Shown here: positions 35,953 to 41,325 of the stretch, in pieces
Layout: every line of letters begins with the position of its first letter
Position numbering within the stretch: position 1 is the first letter of the stretch
Source: a virus
Lineage: Duplodnaviria > Caudoviricetes
Reading direction: 5' to 3' (one strand)
Length of the DNA: 41,325 nt
IMG/VR virus record: IMGVR_UViG_3300020045_003191
Span: 1-41,325 of that record
Program-made: the position numbers and the translations under genes
Notes under the pieces: model-generated
Told to the model about the DNA's origin: nothing
What the model saw: only the letters and a program-made list of their open reading frames with translations
Databases searched by the model: none

Positions 35953-37079
35953 GCAGTTTTGTAAGGCAACCATTAGAGCAAAAATTAAATAGACAGAATA
36001 TGATTTCCCGTATCAAGCGGCTGGAATCCAAGACGGGCGCGCGCGCGAGTGCGAGCGTGAACGACTTGGGCGAGATAGCGGACAAGATCAGCGCGGCTAA
36101 ATTCTACGCGGTGGATGTGGATAAGAACGTAGTCCGAATGATTATGTCGGGTGAATCTCTTATAGGCTTGATTGGCGTTGATGCTCATTTGGCGGGTATG
36201 GCGGATGATGGGACGGTTCAATTTTATGTAGACGCCGCGACGGGAAAAATATATTGGGGAAGCGGTGCGGGTGTGTTGGATTCAGATGGTATGTCTATAA
36301 ATATAGATAATTATGATGACACTACAAATCCAAACGCAATACGATTTTTATCGAGTGGGACAGAAGCGTCAAGAATAGTAGCATGGCAAAACACCGGGAC
36401 GCTTAATAATTATGCCGCTACAACCGTTAATCATATAACTGGTCTGTCGAGTAACTATCGTATAGATGTGTACGGCTCAAGTACAGATGGTGCGGCAATT
36501 AACATGAATGCTCAGGGAGTATATCAACATCTCTTGAAGATCGACGCCTCCCTGGCTGGTATAAAAATATCAAGAATTACTCTCAACGGAGGTCCCATTG
36601 CAAAAATTGGCGGCATTATATTCGACCACTACGCCAACGTCGGGAACGTTGGGACGGGTGAGGATGATTTATATTCTGACACTCTAGACGCTGATACCTT
36701 TGTGGCGGACGGTGACAAGGTAACCGCCTCCTACATGGTCACGATGGTAGCGCACGCAACAGCCACGCGTCGAATTAGGATATACTTGGGCGGTACATCC
36801 ATATATGACACAGCCGCTATCACCATTGCGGGCGGGCTTGGGTATTGTGGTATTAATGTCGAGATGATTCGGGAAAGTTCTACAGTCGTTCGATGTTCGG
36901 TCACAGCGAGCGGATATAGAATGTCCGCAACTGTACCCGCGCTTTATACAAGAGTTACGGGTTTGACGCTGACTAACACAAACATACTAAAGATTACAGG
37001 CGAGGCGGCAGGGGTGGGCGCGGCAACAGATGACCTTATCGCACGCACTGGAACGGTGTACTGGTATCCGGCGGCATGA
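35949..37079 (+). CDS. Tail fibre / receptor-binding protein
   Basis: N-terminal coil RIKRLES, then Gly/Thr-rich beta body; last tail gene. Confidence 0.6.
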   Translation: MSSFVRQPLEQKLNRQNMISRIKRLESKTGARASASVNDLGEIADKISAAKFYAVDVDKNVVRMIMSGESLIGLIGVDAHLAGMADDGTVQFYVDAATGKIYWGSGAGVLDSDGMSINIDNYDDTTNPNAIRFLSSGTEASRIVAWQNTGTLNNYAATTVNHITGLSSNYRIDVYGSSTDGAAINMNAQGVYQHLLKIDASLAGIKISRITLNGGPIAKIGGIIFDHYANVGNVGTGEDDLYSDTLDADTFVADGDKVTASYMVTMVAHATATRRIRIYLGGTSIYDTAAITIAGGLGYCGINVEMIRESSTVVRCSVTASGYRMSATVPALYTRVTGLTLTNTNILKITGEAAGVGAATDDLIARTGTVYWYPAA

Positions 37080-37089
37080 TAGGAGTGGT

Positions 37090-38112
37090 ATGAACTTCAC
37101 AGACGGAAACGTAATCGGCGCGGATGTATCTCTGTATCAGGATGATAACGGGACACTCCAACGCATAGACTTTACCAAGATGGTTGGACAGGGTGCGTCC
37201 TTCGTCATTGTGCGCGCCGGGCAGAACGCTTGGGTTGACCCTGACTTTGCCTACAATTGGGCGAACGCAAAAGCGGCGGGATTACCGCGCGGTTCGTATT
37301 GGTTTTATGACTCACGCTATCCCCCGCTCGCACAGGCGGAGCTATTTGCGGGACTGTTCGCAACCGATAAGCCTGAATTGGAATTGTGGCTTGACTTGGA
37401 AGAGGCATACGGCGGGAGTTATGCGGGGTGGAAGAACTGGAAAATATTCTTGACCCGATTGCATGAGTTATTGCCATCCGTAAAGATTGGAATTTATACC
37501 GGGTACTATTACTTTACTGGCAAGATACCCGCGTCAGAGTATCCATTCTTTTCTGCATTTGGTTTATGGATCGCCTGGTACACGTCAAATCCCGCTAATG
37601 TGTCAATCCCGGTCCCGTGGACAAACTGCCTGTATTGGCAATGGGGTACGCCCTCTTGGGGCTTGGCTTGGGGGTGCGAGAGTATTGAAATTGATATGAA
37701 TAAATTCAACGGCACCGCGGCGGAGTTTTCCGCACGTTACGGAATCGGAGGAGGTACAGACCCCATGCCCACAGACAAATATTATCTCGTTACGGTTGAC
37801 GCCCTGAATGTACGGGACGCCTTGACTGGTGGCAATCCGATATTCACAATACAACTCAATGACGTTGTACACTCCGTTGAAAATGGCACGGATGGAAACA
37901 TCGTCCGCCACAAGATAGATAAGTTGTATAAAGCTGGCGTATTGACACCCTTCGACGTCACATCCCCAACGGGTCAATATTGGGCGGCTGAAAAGAACAC
38001 GTCAACCGGTAATGTGTTTATGGTGGAAACGAGCGACCCGAATCCGCCGCAAAAGGTATTGACACACACAATCAAAGTATTCGATGACGGGAGCATTGTT
38101 ATAGATGGCTAG
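37090..38112 (+). CDS. Endolysin, GH25 muramidase with SH3-like C-terminal region
   Basis: GADVSLYQ, WLDLEE, IYT, LWIAWY, WQW, IDMN; LNVR SH3b motif; AGGAG RBS. Confidence 0.92.
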   Translation: MNFTDGNVIGADVSLYQDDNGTLQRIDFTKMVGQGASFVIVRAGQNAWVDPDFAYNWANAKAAGLPRGSYWFYDSRYPPLAQAELFAGLFATDKPELELWLDLEEAYGGSYAGWKNWKIFLTRLHELLPSVKIGIYTGYYYFTGKIPASEYPFFSAFGLWIAWYTSNPANVSIPVPWTNCLYWQWGTPSWGLAWGCESIEIDMNKFNGTAAEFSARYGIGGGTDPMPTDKYYLVTVDALNVRDALTGGNPIFTIQLNDVVHSVENGTDGNIVRHKIDKLYKAGVLTPFDVTSPTGQYWAAEKNTSTGNVFMVETSDPNPPQKVLTHTIKVFDDGSIVIDG

Positions 38113-38824
38113 TCTACTGCGTACAGTAAAAGTGTTCAACGATGGGAGTATTGAGGTAGAAGCGGCGCAAGTACCTCCCCCCTCTTACCGCGTCCGCAAG
38201 TGGGGCGATCCCATCATGGCGAAGGAATATAACTGCGACGTGAACGTGATAAAAACAACGAACTTTCAGCGCGTCTGTATGTATGTCCCTCTCACGAGTA
38301 CATGGTCGGTTGTGGAAAATCATGTTGTACTGGGGCGCGCTGAGATGAATGCGCTGATAAACATACAAACAAAGTGGGGGAAACACACCTCTGACACGTT
38401 CGATCAAATGATGAATTGGCTGGTGTTCGATGGTGAGGCGACCCGTCCATATTGGGGCGGCAAATGGAAAACGGCTACGCTGTTCAAAACGGGTACGATG
38501 TTATGGGGCGGGCAATTGGTACAAATCGGCGAGCGTAAAACATTCCTGACGGCTACGCCGGGGAATACCAAAAAGAGACAGATTGAGATGGGCAAGGTTG
38601 TCACGTTTACAAAGGCGGATTTAGCGAAGCTGATAGCCGGGACCATCACCCCGCAATCACATCCCCACCTGATACCGCAATGTAGTGCGGCGGGTGGTAA
38701 CAACGTATTCAATCCAACGCCGCGCGGCAATACAATGTTCTCGCCTATCTGGGGCGGTGAGTGGGCAAAGGTGAATATGGCAAGGGATTGGTATATCCCG
38801 CTGGAATGTCTGGAGCCTGCATAA
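38105..38824 (+). CDS. Lysis-module accessory protein sharing a terminal peptide with the endolysin
   Basis: N-terminal TVKVFNDGSIEV matches endolysin C-terminal TIKVFDDGSIVI. Confidence 0.65.
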   Translation: MASLLRTVKVFNDGSIEVEAAQVPPPSYRVRKWGDPIMAKEYNCDVNVIKTTNFQRVCMYVPLTSTWSVVENHVVLGRAEMNALINIQTKWGKHTSDTFDQMMNWLVFDGEATRPYWGGKWKTATLFKTGTMLWGGQLVQIGERKTFLTATPGNTKKRQIEMGKVVTFTKADLAKLIAGTITPQSHPHLIPQCSAAGGNNVFNPTPRGNTMFSPIWGGEWAKVNMARDWYIPLECLEPA

Positions 38825-38831
38825 TATAAAA

Positions 38832-38861
38832 CTCCCACTGTCCATTTTGCAACAGCGGGAG
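38832..38861. terminator. Hairpin between the late operon and the convergent cassette array
   Basis: AAAA-CTCCCACTGT...ACAGCGGGAG; the U-tract reads on the minus strand. Confidence 0.55.
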
Positions 38862-38903
38862 GAGACGGCGTTACCTAATCCGTATACCGTTTATTATTTG
38901 CCG

Positions 38904-39032
38904 GGCTAACGGCTGGCGTTAGTGGCAGTGGGGCGGGCTGGGAAAATGCCAGAGAGCCGCACCAACTACCAGACGCGAACCAACTAAATCAGCGGGGAGA
39001 ATCCCCACTGTCCACTGCACGCGGTGTTAGCC
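38904..39032 (-). repeat. attC: attC site (129 bp)
   Basis: Minus strand GGCTAAC-ACCGC-GTGCAGTG-GAC-AGTGGGG...CCCCACT-GC-CACTAAC-GCCAGCC-GTTAGCC. Confidence 0.88.
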
Positions 39033-39291
39033 CGCGTTTTCGTTCGGCAATCTTTTTCAGCAATTCACCAGCAATCAATTCATCATCATTTCCAAATAGA
39101 TTGTCTGGCGCGGTCTTGATAAGTGCAATCGCCTGAATTGCTTTTGTTTCTGCGGCTTCTAAAACTTGCTTGCGCCGTTCTGGATTTTGGAAAAACTCCA
39201 CTGCTGACGCAATGCCGCCGCCTGATGGTATTGCTTCACGAGCGATAAATTGAGTAATCAATTTTGTGACATTTGTTCCGTATTTGCTCAT
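38989..39291 (-). CDS. Cassette gene, 100-aa hypothetical protein (MSKYGTN...)
   Basis: AAGGAGAG RBS; stop inside the attC. Confidence 0.75.
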   Translation of the reverse strand: MSKYGTNVTKLITQFIAREAIPSGGGIASAVEFFQNPERRKQVLEAAETKAIQAIALIKTAPDNLFGNDDELIAGELLKKIAERKRGLTPRAVDSGDSPR

Positions 39292-39314
39292 GGCTCTCCT
39301 TTTGCAAAGAAGCG

Positions 39315-39425
39315 GGCTAACGGTTTGCGTTACCCGCAAGGGCGAGAACGCAAGACCATGAATTTATTAGAATGGAATATCGTTTTCAGACTCGTTGCCC
39401 TTGTCGGGTGCACGCTTTGTTAGGC
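39315..39425 (-). repeat. attC: attC site (111 bp)
   Basis: Minus strand GCCTAAC-AAAGC-GTGCACCC-GAC-AAGGGC...GCCCTT-GC-GGGTAAC-GCAAACC-GTTAGCC. Confidence 0.88.
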
Positions 39426-39615
39426 GGTGTACTATTGACCAAAACCACGACATGACATCTGAATAAACCTGATAGGCTTTCACCTTACGGTATGACCAAC
39501 ACCTATCATATAAGAGATACCCATATTCGCAACAGTTGACGGCAACGGCTTGCTGACCTACGCCAATATCAACATATTCAAACGGATGTAAATCACAAAA
39601 CGGACATTTTTCCAT
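39367..39615 (-). CDS. Cassette gene, 82-aa Cys-rich protein (MEKCPFC...DIPF)
   Basis: GAAAGG RBS; stop in the attC loop; also in frame with the upstream cassette gene. Confidence 0.65.
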   Translation of the reverse strand: MEKCPFCDLHPFEYVDIGVGQQAVAVNCCEYGYLLYDRCWSYRKVKAYQVYSDVMSWFWSIVHRLTKRAPDKGNESENDIPF

Positions 39616-40050
39616 GATGAACCTTTCACGCGGCGAAGCCGCCCAACGGTTTGCGTTACCCGCGTGGGGCACGCGAACCTGTCCAATTATTGCCCAGCCT
39701 GCCCCACGTCGGGTGCACGCTGTGTTAGACCCCGTAAGAGCCTCACGATAAAGAGACCTTACTTCATCTTCCGAAGCGACAATATCTGTGGATGGATACA
39801 ATCCATTGTTTGAGCTTTCCCATCCAGTACCTTCGAGGTTTTCATAATCAATGTGTTCCAATCGCGCCATGAGCGAACCATCACAATCTTTGTCGTAGCC
39901 AGTTATGCGGAATGCAAGCAAAACGATTGTTCCAACTGGCTCAGGCTCAATGGGATCGCGGCGAATAGTTGAAAAATTATCTGGAAAGCCTGGCATTGAT
40001 TCCATTCTGAAATTTTCTTCTTCGGCTGTTATTTCTCTGACTGTTCTCAT
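39367..40050 (-). CDS. Cassette gene (MRTVREIT...) reading through its attC into the next cassette gene; 227-aa fusion
   Basis: AAGGAG RBS before 40050; no in-frame stop across attC 39641-39730. Confidence 0.65.
   Translation of the reverse strand: MRTVREITAEEENFRMESMPGFPDNFSTIRRDPIEPEPVGTIVLLAFRITGYDKDCDGSLMARLEHIDYENLEGTGWESSNNGLYPSTDIVASEDEVRSLYREALTGSNTACTRRGAGWAIIGQVRVPHAGNANRWAASPRERFIMEKCPFCDLHPFEYVDIGVGQQAVAVNCCEYGYLLYDRCWSYRKVKAYQVYSDVMSWFWSIVHRLTKRAPDKGNESENDIPF
39641..39730 (-). repeat. attC: attC site (90 bp)
   Basis: Minus strand GTCTAAC-ACAGC-GTGCACCC-GAC-GTGGGGC...GCCCCAC-GC-GGGTAAC-GCAAACC-GTTGGGC. Confidence 0.88.
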
Positions 40051-40069
40051 AAGGCTCCTTTGCTTAGGG

Positions 40070-40203
40070 GTCTAACGGCCAAGCGTTACCGGATTGTGGC
40101 TGCGGATGTAGTATCCGCCCCTTTGACGGTGACGCCATCGGCTGACATATTAGCCGGTGAAACGGGACCGCCCGCCACAATTCCGGTGGACGCAATGTTG
40201 GCT
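40070..40203 (-). repeat. attC: attC site (134 bp)
   Basis: Minus strand AGCCAAC-ATTGC-GTCCACCG-GA-ATTGTGGC...GCCACAAT-CCGGTAAC-GCTTGGCC-GTTAGAC. Confidence 0.85.
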
Positions 40204-40475
40204 TGCGCTTCTGCGGGCGTGATGTGATGCTGACGATAATAAGCGTGCCATTCGCGGGAGGGCCAGAAATATCCGCCGTCGTAAATGTAAATTGGATTGG
40301 CGGGGTTGAACGGATAGGCGCTGTAAGTTGCACGGTCTGGATACCCTGGGGCCGAAACGCCACAACGCTGAAATCCGCCGATGTATTTATTATCCAGGCC
40401 GCACAACGAAATCCAAACTTCGGATTTTTCGTAATCGTCTGGCGAGGTGCATTTCTTTGCGGGGAAGTGTTCCAT
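40086..40475 (-). CDS. Cassette gene, 129-aa hypothetical protein (MEHFPAKK...)
   Basis: GGAG RBS; stop is the TAA in the L' box. Confidence 0.7.
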   Translation of the reverse strand: MEHFPAKKCTSPDDYEKSEVWISLCGLDNKYIGGFQRCGVSAPGYPDRATYSAYPFNPANPIYIYDGGYFWPSREWHAYYRQHHITPAEAQANIASTGIVAGGPVSPANMSADGVTVKGADTTSAATIR

Positions 40476-41325
40476 ATTTCTCCAATAGCAAGCCAACGGA
40501 TTGCGTTACCGGCGAAAAGCCGAGAACCAACCAAGCAAACGGGATAAGATATTTCGAGCGGACAAAGCCGCTTTGACGGCTGCTGGCTTTTCGTCCGGTG
40601 GACGCGGTGTTAGGTGGCGTGCAGAACGGCCCGCACTCAACCCCGCGTAATTTCTGAGAGAGTTCTTTGCCGAGGAAGTTTAGCCCTGGCAGTTCATCGA
40701 GGAAATATTTCCGGCAGATGTGATAATTCAACTCTCTTTCTATCGTGGCGATTTTCCAAAAGTTCTCTGGAAAATATGTAAAAACTTTTAGCCAGTAAGC
40801 AATTGATTTAGATTTCACGCACCCTAAACAATTGTTATTTGGAAAGCCAAGATAATAAAGTTCTGGCAATCGAATACCAGCAGATTCGAGAATGGTTAGA
40901 CAATCGCGCTTTGTTATGCCAAGTTCGATGAGCGGCCAAAGTAAATACAAATCTGGATTGTCTCTTTCAAAATCTTTTGCCCGGCGAGTTTCCCCGGCAT
41001 GATAACCAAAGACATGGTAATCAGATGGCTCTTGCCAGAGTTCACGCACGCGCCGCTTTAGTTCATGCGTGCATGGTGCAAAACCCTTACCGACAATAAA
41101 TCTCTTTTTCCTGAAAACATCATAAATATCTTTGTACTCGCTGGAATAGAGTTGCAGAATTGGTACGTTTGTCCATTCTGATATTTGATTTTGAAAGCGG
41201 AGATTATCGGGCGATTCGGTTGAAAGAGTGCTGGCACAATTAACCGCTATCACGTTTTGATAATTCGCGGCGGCATATTTCAAGGCGATCGCTGACGCAG
41301 CGCCATTTGAAAACCAAACCACCAC
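40390..41325 (-). CDS. PAPS-reductase-family (PP-loop) protein, 5'-truncated cassette gene reading through its attC
   Basis: VVWFSNGAASA PP-loop, APCTHELK, GFPNNNCLGCVK, VECGPFC. Confidence 0.8.
   Translation of the reverse strand: MVVWFSNGAASAIALKYAAANYQNVIAVNCASTLSTESPDNLRFQNQISEWTNVPILQLYSSEYKDIYDVFRKKRFIVGKGFAPCTHELKRRVRELWQEPSDYHVFGYHAGETRRAKDFERDNPDLYLLWPLIELGITKRDCLTILESAGIRLPELYYLGFPNNNCLGCVKSKSIAYWLKVFTYFPENFWKIATIERELNYHICRKYFLDELPGLNFLGKELSQKLRGVECGPFCTPPNTASTGRKASSRQSGFVRSKYLIPFAWLVLGFSPVTQSVGLLLEKYGTLPRKEMHLARRLRKIRSLDFVVRPG
40491..40615 (-). repeat. attC: attC site (125 bp)
   Basis: Minus strand ACCTAAC-ACCGC-GTCCACCG-GAC-GAAAAGCC...GGCTTTTC-GC-CGGTAAC-GCAATCC-GTTGGCT. Confidence 0.88.

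Larger units (their letters stand above)
38904..41325 (-). mobile_element. Integron-like cassette array 2: five attC sites, at least five cassettes, runs off the window
   Basis: Regular attC-gene alternation with self-matching cores. Confidence 0.88.

Noticed and set aside
35949-38824. Diversity-generating retroelement acting on tail or lysin genes
   Set aside because: No reverse transcriptase, and the 38057-38165 duplication is short with differences not confined to adenines
1-41325. Integrase, IntI, serine recombinase or transposase gene
   Set aside because: No ORF shows R...HxxR...Y tyrosine-recombinase, serine-recombinase or DDE patterns by eye; one could lie outside the window
1-41325. 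Window ends joining directly as a circle
   Set aside because: No terminal repeat seen; joining 41325 to 1 gives the PAPS-like gene no upstream ATG before a stop 15 codons back, and its attC core (GTTAGGTGG) does not match the core at 243 (GTTAGCCCG)

Overview
The window holds an essentially complete tailed dsDNA phage (siphovirus-like) of about 38.7 kb. It has a leftward early/replication arm (1.1-11.3 kb), a symmetric divergent promoter switch (11.27-11.34 kb), and a rightward arm with RecT, SSB, a methyltransferase, terminase, portal, protease-capsid, tail genes and a GH25 endolysin. A Chloroflexota (Anaerolineae-like) host is a weak inference from SSB and lipoprotein style. The standout is at both ends: eight integron-type attC sites on the minus strand, three at 237-880 and five at 38904-40615, each closing a single-gene cassette. 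Their arms covary, and each cassette's start core matches its own attC end core. The left array is headed by an attI-like site (TAAA-N5-GTT) and a consensus TTGACA-N16-TATAAT promoter, but no integrase of any kind is visible. Cassette genes read into or through their attC sites. Both arrays end in G^TTAGCCCG next to a terminator and an apparently homologous gene, which suggests the whole phage lies between two attC crossover points. Other notable items: a 2H-phosphoesterase domain fused to the portal, a non-splicing Hint domain in the tape measure protein, a glycosylation/methylation trio inside the virion operon, a minimal PolX, two predicted -1 frameshifts and a dense GCCAACGC repeat cluster. 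All calls come from reading motifs by eye; no searches were run.
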